From: Candidatus Kerfeldbacteria bacterium
GTDB taxonomy: Bacteria; Patescibacteriota; Patescibacteriia; UBA9570; XYC2-FULL-38-9
DNA: 64,000 bases
Direction of reading: 5' to 3'
Assembly (NCBI GenBank): GCA_016182555.1
Contig: JACPGJ010000008.1
Span: 92,272 to 156,271 of the forward strand
Shown: in pieces, positions 1 through 10,459 of the stretch
How positions within the stretch are numbered: position 1 is the first letter of the stretch
Layout of the letters: every line of letters starts with the position of its first letter
Translations under genes and position numbers: made by a program
The notes under the pieces: generated by a model
The model's database searches: none
The model's input: the letters and a program-made list of their open reading frames with translations, nothing else
Told to the model about the DNA's origin: nothing

Positions 1-742
1 TGGTCGTTGTTTGTTCACCGCTAATACCAACAACCATAACGGTAAACACCGTGTAGAGTATGGTCACTCCACCAATACCGAATGCCAGTGCTTGCGGCAT
101 TTTGTGAGCTGCGTGGCGCTCCACTAATATATTGCGAATTTCTGGAATACAGGCTAATGAACCAAATGCAAACAGAATCACTCCATACGGGAAAAAGAAA
201 TGCTGCGGATGAATTGTTGCTAAGTTTACAGCCTCTACGTGCGAAACGCCAATAAAAAATACGACCAGCATGAGTACCATAATACCAATCGTTACAAACT
301 CTTCAAAGCGAATAAGTGCATTCAGCCCAGCCATAATAATAAAAAATGCCAAGCACCAAAAACCCACCGCATAGAGCTCTTTCGGCCAACCAGACATTCC
401 GAAAACTAATCCCTCAATGATATTGGCAATTTCAATGAGATACGCTATCAGTGCACCATAGATTCCAAAAATAAAGGAAATATTGGCAAGCACGCGACCC
501 GGCGCACCCAGGTAGCGCTGAGCATAACCAGTAAATTGATGCTTTCCACTGGTACGCAATACGACTTCTCCGTAAGCGAGGAGCGTAAACAACATCATCC
601 CCCCAATAGCCATCATATACAGAAACCCGATACTGAAACCAGATTTCATGACGGCATAGGGAATAGCAAAGATACCAACGCCAATAGATGAACCAATAAC
701 CGTTGCTGTTGCCGCAAGAAGCGGGTGACGAAATAACCGCAT
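1..742 (-). CDS. Aromatic/hydroxy amino acid permease (TyrP/Mtr-like), 3' end runs off the window
   Basis: Not in the ORF track. Manual translation from ATG at 742 gives MRLFRHPLLAATATVIGSSIGVGIFAIPYAVMKSGF, the typical TM1 motif (IGxGIFxxPY) of this family, followed by hydrophobic sequence. Confidence 0.8.
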   Translation of the reverse strand, partial: MRLFRHPLLAATATVIGSSIGVGIFAIPYAVMKSGFSIGFLYMMAIGGMMLFTLLAYGEVVLRTSGKHQFTGYAQRYLGAPGRVLANISFIFGIYGALIAYLIEIANIIEGLVFGMSGWPKELYAVGFWCLAFFIIMAGLNALIRFEEFVTIGIMVLMLVVFFIGVSHVEAVNLATIHPQHFFFPYGVILFAFGSLACIPEIRNILVERHAAHKMPQALAFGIGGVTILYTVFTVMVVGISGEQTTT

Positions 743-762
743 ATCGCTTTGATATTGAAGTG

Positions 763-1926
763 TTATTGATATTCCACCGTAACTTGTGGCGGAGCAATTT
801 CTACCCATGAATTCCCCACGACTAGTGAAAGAGGGTTTCCATCAGCATCAAAAAATTCTGTACGACTAAGGCGATCTGGTTTTTTCCACTTACCGCTCAA
901 CACGGCACCGTCATGAAAAATAAGCACATCCCCTTCTCCTTCAACTGGCCAGTTCACACGGCCTTTATCCGGCAAACTTTCTCCATATCCAACACGTTCG
1001 ACAATAATATTTTTTGTCTTTACTATTTCCCCGGTATTCGCATCCGTGTGCGGCTGACCACCATTGCTGCGTTCATAGACATTTTCTGTTGAATTGTAAT
1101 GGTACTCTACATCGTATGAACCACCAAAACCAATAAAGACACGTTCAACACCTTGATCGGTTGTTGGGTCTGGTCGTGTTGCCGCATCTACTGGATCAAC
1201 AAATTTCCAGGAAGTATATTCCTGCGGAGGCAAGGTATTCCAACTATGCGTTTCAATCGCTTTTTGAAGATTATCGCTCGAGGTGAATAAATTGTGTGGA
1301 GCATATCTGCTATTATCTCGCCAAAAGAAGCTATACTCACGTAGAGCATCTACATCACGCAATTTAAAACTGGGAATATTACGTAGTGCTGTATCACTTC
1401 CACCAGCGTGGAAATAGGCACAATTATACTCTGAAGCAAATTGCAAATAATTATCGCGTGCGGAGCGAACAGGGCCAATCGTCGGCACTGTTGCACCAGC
1501 GTATACGGCCATAAACCGGGTAATCCCGCCTTCAACAATCACTTCATAGACCACGGATGCTTGAGACAAGCCAGATTGCGGACGTACACCACCAAACGCC
1601 GCATTTTCAACCATCACACATGCAGTAAGCGGGTTGGCAGCAGCGGCATCCACCACAACTCCATCAATACGCCGTGGAGCGGTCGTGGGGATTGATTGCT
1701 CAGCTTCCGGTTTTTTCTTTTTTGTTTTTTCTTCCGGTACCGTTAATTCACGCGCTTCAGTACTTCGTGGAACGCGTACCACAAATGGAATAATCATGAC
1801 TGCCAAGCTCATCAACACCAAAACACTAATCAACCATTCTTTTGGTGTTGGTTTTTTTAAACCATGTAAAAAATTGAGAATATGTTTATGTGATGAATGT
1901 TGTTCTGTTTTTTTCTTGCGACTCAT
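763..1926 (-). CDS. DUF3048 (YerB-like) membrane-anchored protein
   Basis: N-terminal TM; motifs VMVEN, RPQSGL, EGGITRF, GPVRSAR, APHNLF, GNSWVE. Confidence 0.85.
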   Translation of the reverse strand: MSRKKKTEQHSSHKHILNFLHGLKKPTPKEWLISVLVLMSLAVMIIPFVVRVPRSTEARELTVPEEKTKKKKPEAEQSIPTTAPRRIDGVVVDAAAANPLTACVMVENAAFGGVRPQSGLSQASVVYEVIVEGGITRFMAVYAGATVPTIGPVRSARDNYLQFASEYNCAYFHAGGSDTALRNIPSFKLRDVDALREYSFFWRDNSRYAPHNLFTSSDNLQKAIETHSWNTLPPQEYTSWKFVDPVDAATRPDPTTDQGVERVFIGFGGSYDVEYHYNSTENVYERSNGGQPHTDANTGEIVKTKNIIVERVGYGESLPDKGRVNWPVEGEGDVLIFHDGAVLSGKWKKPDRLSRTEFFDADGNPLSLVVGNSWVEIAPPQVTVEYQ

Positions 1927-1929
1927 GGG

Positions 1930-3063
1930 CTAATTATACTCGATTGAACGATCATCGGGAAGGACCTCTACCCAGATATTGCCTGGAATAAAACTGATCT
2001 CTTCTCCGGTATTGGTATAAAAACGCGTGCGATCTTCTGCGCTTGAACGTTTCCAGGTACCTTCTTGAGCTGTTCCATCATGAAACACCACGGCCCGACC
2101 TTCTCCAATGGTGGTCATAGCAAGCCGACCAGTTGTTTCGTCTGTTAATCGCGTGGTCACAAACTGCACAGCAATATTTTTCACCTGAATCTGTTGCTTG
2201 GTTAATGCATCAGTATGTTCTACTCCACCGTTCCAACGCAAATACCTGTTCTCATCTCTATGATAAACATAGCGGACTTCGTAACTCATGCTCGAAAATG
2301 GCAAGGTAATCTGCCTTTCTTCTTGTGGGCGTTGATCTAACGGCACGGGGCTAGAAAATTTCCATGGCGCGAATGTGCCTTGCATATCCGTAAACTGTAA
2401 ATCACGTAACGCATAAGCGAGTAGTGTGGTATTCGTAAATAAATTATGTGGTGCGGCAATCGATTCTTCCCGACGATAATACGGGCCATGATACATTTGA
2501 TCCAAATCATACACTAATAACTGGTCGTTATGCAGATTGTTTATCGCTTCCGGGCTGCCACCAACATGGCCATACACCCCGCGATATTCATCTGCCCATG
2601 AAACAAAATACGGGCGTGCAGAACGTATGGGACCAATATCATTGATCGCTTCATCATTGGCATACACAGCCATAAAACGCGTAATGCCCCCTTCAGCGAG
2701 CGCTTCATAAACCACATTGGCAGCTTGCAAACCAGATTGCGGACGTACGGCAATAAAATTTTCAATCATCATCAAAACCGGTAACTGATTCTCTTTCCCC
2801 TGCTCTACAGCAGCTCCATCAATAAAGCGACGCCCGACATGTTGTGAACCATTTGCGTCTGACAAATTTAATGAGATTGTTTCTGAGACATTGGTAACTG
2901 CTTGATTGCGACGCCCATGAATATGCACAATCAGAAAAACAACAGTACCAATGAGCAATAATAACACAAAAGCAACAACAGCAAACCATCGCCTCGCTTT
3001 TTTATTTTCACGAAGGGACCAAAAAAATTCTCTTAATCGCTCCAATCGCGGATGAACCTCCAT
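1930..3063 (-). CDS. DUF3048 (YerB-like) membrane-anchored protein, tandem paralogue
   Basis: Same motif set: MIEN, RPQSGL, EGGITRF, GPIRSAR, APHNLF, GNIWVE. Confidence 0.85.
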   Translation of the reverse strand: MEVHPRLERLREFFWSLRENKKARRWFAVVAFVLLLLIGTVVFLIVHIHGRRNQAVTNVSETISLNLSDANGSQHVGRRFIDGAAVEQGKENQLPVLMMIENFIAVRPQSGLQAANVVYEALAEGGITRFMAVYANDEAINDIGPIRSARPYFVSWADEYRGVYGHVGGSPEAINNLHNDQLLVYDLDQMYHGPYYRREESIAAPHNLFTNTTLLAYALRDLQFTDMQGTFAPWKFSSPVPLDQRPQEERQITLPFSSMSYEVRYVYHRDENRYLRWNGGVEHTDALTKQQIQVKNIAVQFVTTRLTDETTGRLAMTTIGEGRAVVFHDGTAQEGTWKRSSAEDRTRFYTNTGEEISFIPGNIWVEVLPDDRSIEYN

Positions 3064-3068
3064 ACAAA

Positions 3069-3758
3069 TTATTTCTTGGCCTCGGGAGTGCTCTCGCCTT
3101 CGGCTGCTTCTTTATCTTTCTCTGGTGCTTTTGCCACTTCAACAGCAGACACATCTTCTACCACTTGTTCATTTAATGAAGCAAGCTCTGCTTCAGAACG
3201 TGGTTCTTCAACCGTAGCAATCATATCCTCTGAGTCATTTAACACGGTCACGCCAGCTGGTAATGTAAGATCAGAAACACGAATCATATCTTCAAAGGTT
3301 TTTAAACGACTGATATCAATACGAATATCGTGCGGTAAATCTGCTGGTAAACATTCAATTTCTAATTCGCTAATATTTTTAATCAAAATACCATTAAGAT
3401 TTTTCACCGCAGCCGATTCCCCTTCAAACACGAGCTCGACTTCTGCTTTAATTGTTTCATCCATGCGAACTTGGTGAAAATCGATGTGGGAAATTCGTTG
3501 GCTGAGTGGATCATGCTGTAACCCATGAATAATGGCTTTTGTTGGTGCTTGATCATCGATAATCACATCAATCAAAGAACTTTCTCCAGCAGCTTCATAC
3601 ACCTTAATGAACGGATTCATCTGCACCATAATGGAACGGGTGGGAAGACCATGACCGTAAATCACTGCAGGAATATACTGTTGTTCACGTAATTTCACTG
3701 TTGATGCTCGGCCAAGAGCAGTTCTTGTTTTTGCTTGAAGAGTAAATGTGTCTGCCAT
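3069..3758 (-). CDS. rplY: 50S ribosomal protein L25/Ctc
   Basis: IPAVIYGHG, HIDF, ECLPADLP; acidic tail of long-form bL25. Confidence 0.95.
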   Translation of the reverse strand: MADTFTLQAKTRTALGRASTVKLREQQYIPAVIYGHGLPTRSIMVQMNPFIKVYEAAGESSLIDVIIDDQAPTKAIIHGLQHDPLSQRISHIDFHQVRMDETIKAEVELVFEGESAAVKNLNGILIKNISELEIECLPADLPHDIRIDISRLKTFEDMIRVSDLTLPAGVTVLNDSEDMIATVEEPRSEAELASLNEQVVEDVSAVEVAKAPEKDKEAAEGESTPEAKK

Positions 3759-3771
3759 AAAATAGAAATAC

Positions 3772-4122
3772 TTATCTTAATTTATACAATAATTGATACA
3801 CCGTTGACGGCTCTTGCATGATTTCATGAAGCGCCAATACATCACCTTCTTGAATATGCTCACGAGCCCAAAATTGTTTCACATCTTCTCGAGTTAAATC
3901 GGTCATGAAGGCAATAGATGTTGCCATAGCGTCCTGGTAAATATTCACACTAAATACAGGCAACTGACACTGTGAACATTCTAAATAATAGAGCGACATA
4001 TCATCACCCCTGCCTTGAAACGGTTGAGACTGTGGAGGAAGCAATGCGGCTGAGCAACTAGGACATGATCCCAGTGTGGATTCTGCCGCATGGTCAATTT
4101 TCTTTTTCATGGAAGGTTTCAT
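3772..4122 (-). CDS. Hypothetical Zn-ribbon protein
   Basis: CPSC and CSQC pairs; fits the gap between rodA and rplY. Confidence 0.65.
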   Translation of the reverse strand: MKPSMKKKIDHAAESTLGSCPSCSAALLPPQSQPFQGRGDDMSLYYLECSQCQLPVFSVNIYQDAMATSIAFMTDLTREDVKQFWAREHIQEGDVLALHEIMQEPSTVYQLLYKLR

Positions 4123-4165
4123 CTGTGGAAATGTTCAAATAATATACAATATCAGAAGAAACCTG

Positions 4166-5278
4166 TCAATCGTTGGTCTGGTGCACGCTAATCGCATGGC
4201 AAATGCCCAAGAGAATAAGGGTCATAATCATAGAAGACCCCCCAGCGCTGACTAAAGGTAATGGTACCCCGGTGACCGGCAGTAGACCAACATTCATTCC
4301 GACCACCATGACTGTTTGCACGGCTAAGTAACTTATCGTTCCAAGGATAATCAAAAATGTATACGGTGCTTTTGTATACCATAACGTTCGCCATAAACGG
4401 AAAATAATAATGAACCAGGCAGTAAAAAGCAACAATACGCCAATAAACCCAAACTCTTCAGCAATAACGGCAAAAATAAAATCGGAACTGACTTCGGGTA
4501 AAAAATGCAGCTGACTTTGGGTGCCTAAACCCAAACCACGTCCCCACAAGGAGCCAGATCCAACAGCGACAATAGATTGTTGCAAGTTATAACCTGTATC
4601 GAGTGGATCGGAGGATGGATGCAAAAAGGTGGTCAGCCGATCCTTTTGATATTGCGGGAATAATAAAAACCAAGCCAAAACTGAGGCCGCCAGAACCGAT
4701 GCCACGACCAGGGCAATATATCGCTTCGGTGTTTTTAATATCACCACGTAACTAAACCAAATCATGAAAATAATAAAGGAGGAACCGGTATCTGGCTGTA
4801 ATAAAATCAGCCCAATAAGAAACGCGGCAACCCCACCAGTAAAAAAGAAATAGCGCGGCTGTTGAATGCGGTGCGGATCTGGATCTAAATAGATTGCCAT
4901 AAACAGAATGAAAAAAAACTTCACGAATTCTACTGGCTGAAAAGAGACGGGACCAATCACGAACCAACCGGTGGCACCGTTAATGGTCGAGCCAAATAGA
5001 AGAACAGCAATAAGAATAATCACCGAAACAGCAATAAAAATAAACGGATGAATTTTGATGACACGATAATCGAAGACATTCACCAACAAAAACAACACTA
5101 ATCCAAGCATCACAAATATGAGTTGCTTATAAAATGCAGATAAATCTGGTGTACTTTGGTTTAACCCAATACTGTACTGAATAGTAAGTCCAACGGTGAT
5201 TAAAAAAAAGATTCCGCCGATAACCCACCAATCAATACGGCGAATGATTTTTTTTCGCACCTGAGTCAATACGTCCAT
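4166..5278 (-). CDS. rodA: SEDS peptidoglycan glycosyltransferase RodA/FtsW
   Basis: FQPVEFVK, QPDTG, SDFIFAVIAEEFG, PVTGVPLPLVSAGGSS. Confidence 0.9.
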   Translation of the reverse strand: MDVLTQVRKKIIRRIDWWVIGGIFFLITVGLTIQYSIGLNQSTPDLSAFYKQLIFVMLGLVLFLLVNVFDYRVIKIHPFIFIAVSVIILIAVLLFGSTINGATGWFVIGPVSFQPVEFVKFFFILFMAIYLDPDPHRIQQPRYFFFTGGVAAFLIGLILLQPDTGSSFIIFMIWFSYVVILKTPKRYIALVVASVLAASVLAWFLLFPQYQKDRLTTFLHPSSDPLDTGYNLQQSIVAVGSGSLWGRGLGLGTQSQLHFLPEVSSDFIFAVIAEEFGFIGVLLLFTAWFIIIFRLWRTLWYTKAPYTFLIILGTISYLAVQTVMVVGMNVGLLPVTGVPLPLVSAGGSSMIMTLILLGICHAISVHQTND

Positions 5279-5287
5279 ACGACGAGG

Positions 5288-6130
5288 CTACCAATGACGA
5301 ATGATACGATCCTCGGTCAGCAAATCAACATTCACGACAATTTTTGGTTGAAGCGTTGTCGGTAATCGGTGTTCCCAATACATCGTACGATCAATTGTTT
5401 GTAACGAATCAATTTGTGTGAGCGAAGCACGACCGATCGCTTGAATACGCCCCTCCTCATCTGTGAGAATAGCAACGACCTCTGGCTCACGAAACCCATA
5501 GACACTTTCATTTTGAATCGTAAATTGAAGCGATGTTTGAAACAGCGCATCTTTTTCTGTGGACTGCACTGTACGCAATGCGGTATTTGTCACATTCCAT
5601 GCGGCTTGAGGTACGGCATCATCTCCAACTGTTTTTTTCCATTCTACATGCGTAATCTCAATACGGGCAGTTGGCGTACCACCAGTGAACGGAATACGCA
5701 TTTTCGTAACCATTTTTTCTTGTTCCGGAGCAAAGGTGGTGTGGTCCACTCCAGTGGAAGAACCATTCAAAAAAATTTCATACTCGACGTCTTGAGCAGA
5801 CCAAATCGTATTTGGATTACGAATATCCGATACAATATCGACTGAGGTATCATTATAAACCACCGCTTCAGTCCGAATCGGTATCAAGCTTTTTGGATTC
5901 TGACGAGCACCAAGATTATAGATCGGTGTGGATATGGTTTCCCAAATCTGATTTGTTTGCTGTATATGCGCTGCCCAATTCACTGCATTAAACAAAAAAA
6001 TACCAATACTTATCGCGGCAATCAATCCCCAGAATAGACGGTAGCTTGTATGAATCAGTTGACGATGGGTCGCAATCCAATACCCCATGCGCAACTTCTT
6101 CTCAGAAATAGGTTGTGGTTGTTCTGGCAT
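5288..6130 (-). CDS. Hypothetical single-TM protein with beta-rich extracellular domains
   Basis: N-terminal TM, NPN motif. Start moved to ATG 6130, which lies 8 nt after a TTGAAA-17-TACACT promoter. Confidence 0.65.
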   Translation of the reverse strand: MPEQPQPISEKKLRMGYWIATHRQLIHTSYRLFWGLIAAISIGIFLFNAVNWAAHIQQTNQIWETISTPIYNLGARQNPKSLIPIRTEAVVYNDTSVDIVSDIRNPNTIWSAQDVEYEIFLNGSSTGVDHTTFAPEQEKMVTKMRIPFTGGTPTARIEITHVEWKKTVGDDAVPQAAWNVTNTALRTVQSTEKDALFQTSLQFTIQNESVYGFREPEVVAILTDEEGRIQAIGRASLTQIDSLQTIDRTMYWEHRLPTTLQPKIVVNVDLLTEDRIIRHW

Positions 6131-6225
6131 ACACGCCAAGTGTAACATTCTTGTGTCCAAATTTCAATTGTGCTAGAATTGAAGAAGAGAAACGAGGAGT
6201 AAAAACAAAATTAATTTTTATTGGT

Positions 6226-6516
6226 ATGTTTGAAACAAGTATTGACCTTATGTACGGTGCGCTCACGATCGCTATTATCATCTTCACTATCTTTTTAGTG
6301 TGGATGATGTATTATGCCATTCAAATTTTGAAACAAGGGAATGAAGTGGTGCGAGATATTCGTCAAAAAATTGCAGATTTTGAAGAAGCCTTAACACATA
6401 TTCGCGAAAAAGTTGTCTCTTCAGCAACATCAATATCATTTATCGCTTCTGAAATTGGTAGCGTGGTTGATTTAGTGAAAAACCGAAAAGAAAAGAAAGC
6501 TTCCAGAAAAAAATAA
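6226..6516 (+). CDS. Small membrane-anchored coiled-coil protein (DUF948-like)
   Basis: TM helix followed by heptad-like helix; ATG 6226 avoids overlap with the divergent gene. Confidence 0.6.
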   Translation: MFETSIDLMYGALTIAIIIFTIFLVWMMYYAIQILKQGNEVVRDIRQKIADFEEALTHIREKVVSSATSISFIASEIGSVVDLVKNRKEKKASRKK

Positions 6517-6523
6517 AAATCAA

Positions 6524-6997
6524 TTACTGATTCTTATCTTTATTGATCGCATCAATAATTCTGGAATCTGGTTGAAGGGTTTCCCAAAATAAAATGTGGT
6601 CGCGGTTTAACGTGAGCTTATTTACTGGTTGATGCACTTCATTCCCTAAACGAACGACAGATAATTGTGTTTGGTCACTCATATCTGTTGTGTCGGTATC
6701 CGCTGCATCTTCGGTTGTATTCTCGGGGAGTTGTTCTTTAATATAATACACATCCGTCAATTCCAAGTATGAACGGCTCACGATATCTAAGTGCCCAAAA
6801 TAGACCTGACCATTAGATAAAAATACGGCTTGGTAAGAAGATTCTGGAATCAAATCTTTTGCTTGCTTATAATACAGCCCCATTTTCATACTGAATAAGA
6901 TAGCGGCCAACCCAATAACCGCATAGGGCCAAAATAATGGATCAATCGTTCGCCACCACGATTGTTTTCTTTTCCGAGCACCATTTGTTTTTGTCAT
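6524..6997 (-). CDS. Conserved hypothetical membrane-anchored protein
   Basis: TM, then YQAVFLSNGQVYFG and LGNEVHQP motifs, which I recognise from CPR proteins. Confidence 0.7.
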   Translation of the reverse strand: MTKTNGARKRKQSWWRTIDPLFWPYAVIGLAAILFSMKMGLYYKQAKDLIPESSYQAVFLSNGQVYFGHLDIVSRSYLELTDVYYIKEQLPENTTEDAADTDTTDMSDQTQLSVVRLGNEVHQPVNKLTLNRDHILFWETLQPDSRIIDAINKDKNQ

Positions 6998-7052
6998 ACA
7001 AATATGATAATTTATCTTCTACTTGCTCGCATTATATCATAGACACTACCGT

Positions 7053-10000
7053 ATGTCATTTGTTCATCTCCATACTCACAGCCACTATTCGCTCTTAGAT
7101 GGTCTACCAAAAATTTCTGAACTCATTTCGGCGGTGAAACAACGTGGAATGAATGCGGTAGCACTCACTGACCATGGGAATTTGTATGGCGCAATTGAAT
7201 TTTATCAAGAAGCAACAGCCGCGGGAATACAACCTATCGTCGGCATTGAAGCGTATCTCGCGCCCACCTCTATTGATACACAAGAACCAAAAGAGCGCCC
7301 ATTCCATATTATTCTGCTCGCAAAAAATAGAATCGGCTATGAACATTTGGTGAAACTAACAACCATTGCCAACCTGCAGGGATTTTATTACAAACCGCGC
7401 ATTGATTTTGCATTATTGGAACAATATAAAGAAGGGTTAATTGTGCTCAGTGGTTGCTTATCTGGTGAAATTTCGCGAACCATTCTGGCACATGGTGTTG
7501 AGCGCGCCAAACAAGTGGCACAAAAATATGTATCCGTTTTTGGCCTTGAACATTTTTATTTAGAGGTACAACATAACCCGAATATTCCGGAACAAGCCAC
7601 AGTGAATGCCGCATTATTACAATTGCACCAGGAATTAGGCATTGAACTGGTCGCCACCGCTGATGCCCACTACATTGACCCGGAAGATAGTGAAGCGCAA
7701 GATGTCTTGCTCTGTATTCAAACAAAAACACTCCTAACAGATACCAACCGGTTAACCATGCGCAACGAAGATTATTCGTTGACAACCACAGAAGTCATGC
7801 AGCAACGATTTGCCAATTACCCGCGCGCTGTAGAAAATACAGTGAAGATCGCGGCAATGACGAACCTAGAATTGGAACTCGAAAAAATACAACTCCCCTA
7901 TTTTACTGTCCCAGATGGTCGTACCCCCGAAGCGTATTTGCGAACACTGTGTGAAGATGGTCTCACTCGCCGCTACCCGGAAATGAGTGAAGAAATTCGT
8001 ACGCGCTTAGACTATGAACTCGATATTATTAGTAAAACCGGTTTTGCATCCTATTTTCTCATTGTGCAAGATTTTATTAACTGGGCAAAACAGCAAGGAA
8101 TTGCGGTTGGGCCTGGTCGTGGTTCGGCAGCTGGTTCTATTGTCGCCTATCTCACGAATATCACTGATGTAGATCCTGTACACTATGAACTACTCTTTGA
8201 GCGTTTCCTCAATCCAGAACGTGTATCGATGCCTGATATTGATACCGATTTTGCGGATACGCGGCGAGATGATGTTTTGCGATATGTGGAACAAAAATAT
8301 GGAAAAGACCACGTGGCACAAATTATTACCTTTGGAACTATGGCCGCGCGTGCCTCCATTCGTGATGTCGGCCGCGTGCTTGGATTATCCTATGGCTATT
8401 GTGACCGCATTTCAAAATTAATTCCTCTGTTCTCTTCTCTCACGGACGCGATAGAACAGGTGCCGGAATTAAAAGAGTTGGTCAATCAAGACCCAGATGC
8501 AGAACGGCTGGTGAGCATCGCCAAAAAATTAGAAGGAGTCGTACGACACACTTCTACGCATGCCTGTGCTGTGGTGGTCACTAAAGATCCATTGGATTTA
8601 AGTGTGCCCCTGCAACTCGATCAAAGTGTTGGAAATGTGATTACACAATATTCTATGCACCCCGTGGAAGCATTGGGCTTGCTCAAAATCGACTTCCTCG
8701 GATTAAAAAACTTAACCATTATTGAACAGACGCTCGAAATTATTGAAGCGACCACGGATAAAAAAATTAAAATTGATGAAATTCCGCTCAACGATAAGCA
8801 AACATTTAAATTGTTGCAAAAAGCAAATACGATTGGCGTATTCCAATTAGAAAGTTCGGGCATGCGGCGGTATTTGAAACAACTCAAACCAACCGAATTT
8901 GAAGATATTATTGCCATGGTGTCGCTCTATCGCCCGGGTCCTATGGAATTTATTCCAGATTATATTGATGGAAAGCACGGTAAGCGAGAGATTACCTATA
9001 TCAATAATCGCTTAAAACCCATTTTAGAAAAAACGTATGGTATAGCCGTCTATCAAGAACAGGTGATGCAAATTGCCCAACGTTTAGCTGGGTTTACCTA
9101 TGGAGAAGCTGATGTGTTGCGCAAAGCTGTGGGGAAAAAAAATAAACAACTCCTTGACGAACAAGAGCAGAAAATGATTGCCGGGATGGTACGTAATGGC
9201 ATTAGTCAATCTGTTGCAAAACAAATTTGGGAATTTATTTTACCATTTGCACGGTATGGGTTTAACCGGTCACATGCGGCATGTTATGCCATGATCGCCT
9301 ACCGGACCGCATATCTGAAAGCGAATTTCCCTGCACAATTTATGGCGGCGCTCCTTACGGCTGACTATGGCAACATTGAACGCGTTGCATTAGAGGTGCA
9401 CCATGCGCAAGAAATGGGCCTCGAAGTGTTGCCCCCAGATGTGAATGAAAGTTTTGGCACATTTTCGGTAGTAAAAGAAACGCTAGGCACTGAAAAACCG
9501 CGGCTTCGTTTTAGCTTGAAAGCCATTAAAAATGTTGGTGAACACATTGTTGATGTCATTATTGCGCAGCGAAAAAATCACGGGCCATATCATAGCCTAG
9601 AAAATTTTTTAGAACGCGTACAAGATAAAGACTTAAATAAAAAATCGTTGGAAAGTTTAATCAAAACTGGCGCGCTAGATTGCTTCGGTGATCGCAATCA
9701 GCTGTTGATGAACATGGAAACGCTATTGCAATTTGCCAAACGTTCGCAAGAAGAAGCCGAGACTGGCCAAAAAAATATTTTTGGCATGATGGAAAAAAAA
9801 CCAGACATCAAACTGACACTCTCTCCCGTTCCCACACTCCCACCAAATGTTGTGCTCGGGTGGGAAAAAGAATTGCTGGGTTTGTATATCTCTGGCCACC
9901 CACTCGCGCCGTATACAGAGCTGCTTCAATATATCTCTCATCCATTCAACGAATTGAAAGAATATCCAAAAAATACCTTAGTCACACTGGTCGGCATGGT

Positions 10001-10433
10001 CACGTCGGTGAAACGCATTCAAACAAAAAATGGAGAGCCCATGCTCTTTGCGGGTTTTGCGGATCACACTACAGAAATAGAAGCCATTATCTTTCCAAAA
10101 ATTTTTCAGCAATTCAGCACGCTGTGGGAAGAAGATGCTATTTTAGCGATTATCGGAAAATGTAGCGATAAAGATGGTTCGATGAAAATTTTAGTGGAAT
10201 CTGCTCAGCGTTTTGTGCCAACAGAACTGGTGTTTGCATTACCCAACCGTGTCAAAAAAGCAAAATTTACTCAACTACAACAATTACTCGCTGCATACGC
10301 AAATGGCGGAAAATATCATGTATTTTTGCAATCAGAGGGGAAAAAAATTGATACCCGAACACTGGTCAATATTTCTATCATTCCAGAAGTTCAAAAACTC
10401 TTTGGACAGGATGTGCTCCGCGTGGTAAAATAA
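7053..10433 (+). CDS. dnaE: DNA polymerase III subunit alpha
   Basis: PHP motif FVHLHTHSHYSLLDG; GPGRGSAAGS; MPDIDTDF; YGFNRSH; OB fold. Confidence 0.98.
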   Translation: MSFVHLHTHSHYSLLDGLPKISELISAVKQRGMNAVALTDHGNLYGAIEFYQEATAAGIQPIVGIEAYLAPTSIDTQEPKERPFHIILLAKNRIGYEHLVKLTTIANLQGFYYKPRIDFALLEQYKEGLIVLSGCLSGEISRTILAHGVERAKQVAQKYVSVFGLEHFYLEVQHNPNIPEQATVNAALLQLHQELGIELVATADAHYIDPEDSEAQDVLLCIQTKTLLTDTNRLTMRNEDYSLTTTEVMQQRFANYPRAVENTVKIAAMTNLELELEKIQLPYFTVPDGRTPEAYLRTLCEDGLTRRYPEMSEEIRTRLDYELDIISKTGFASYFLIVQDFINWAKQQGIAVGPGRGSAAGSIVAYLTNITDVDPVHYELLFERFLNPERVSMPDIDTDFADTRRDDVLRYVEQKYGKDHVAQIITFGTMAARASIRDVGRVLGLSYGYCDRISKLIPLFSSLTDAIEQVPELKELVNQDPDAERLVSIAKKLEGVVRHTSTHACAVVVTKDPLDLSVPLQLDQSVGNVITQYSMHPVEALGLLKIDFLGLKNLTIIEQTLEIIEATTDKKIKIDEIPLNDKQTFKLLQKANTIGVFQLESSGMRRYLKQLKPTEFEDIIAMVSLYRPGPMEFIPDYIDGKHGKREITYINNRLKPILEKTYGIAVYQEQVMQIAQRLAGFTYGEADVLRKAVGKKNKQLLDEQEQKMIAGMVRNGISQSVAKQIWEFILPFARYGFNRSHAACYAMIAYRTAYLKANFPAQFMAALLTADYGNIERVALEVHHAQEMGLEVLPPDVNESFGTFSVVKETLGTEKPRLRFSLKAIKNVGEHIVDVIIAQRKNHGPYHSLENFLERVQDKDLNKKSLESLIKTGALDCFGDRNQLLMNMETLLQFAKRSQEEAETGQKNIFGMMEKKPDIKLTLSPVPTLPPNVVLGWEKELLGLYISGHPLAPYTELLQYISHPFNELKEYPKNTLVTLVGMVTSVKRIQTKNGEPMLFAGFADHTTEIEAIIFPKIFQQFSTLWEEDAILAIIGKCSDKDGSMKILVESAQRFVPTELVFALPNRVKKAKFTQLQQLLAAYANGGKYHVFLQSEGKKIDTRTLVNISIIPEVQKLFGQDVLRVVK

Positions 10434-10459
10434 GCCAAAATATTGACTGACAACTTTGT

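Noticed and set aside
432-797. 121-aa ORF from the track
   Set aside because: Out-of-frame shadow of the permease starting at 742.
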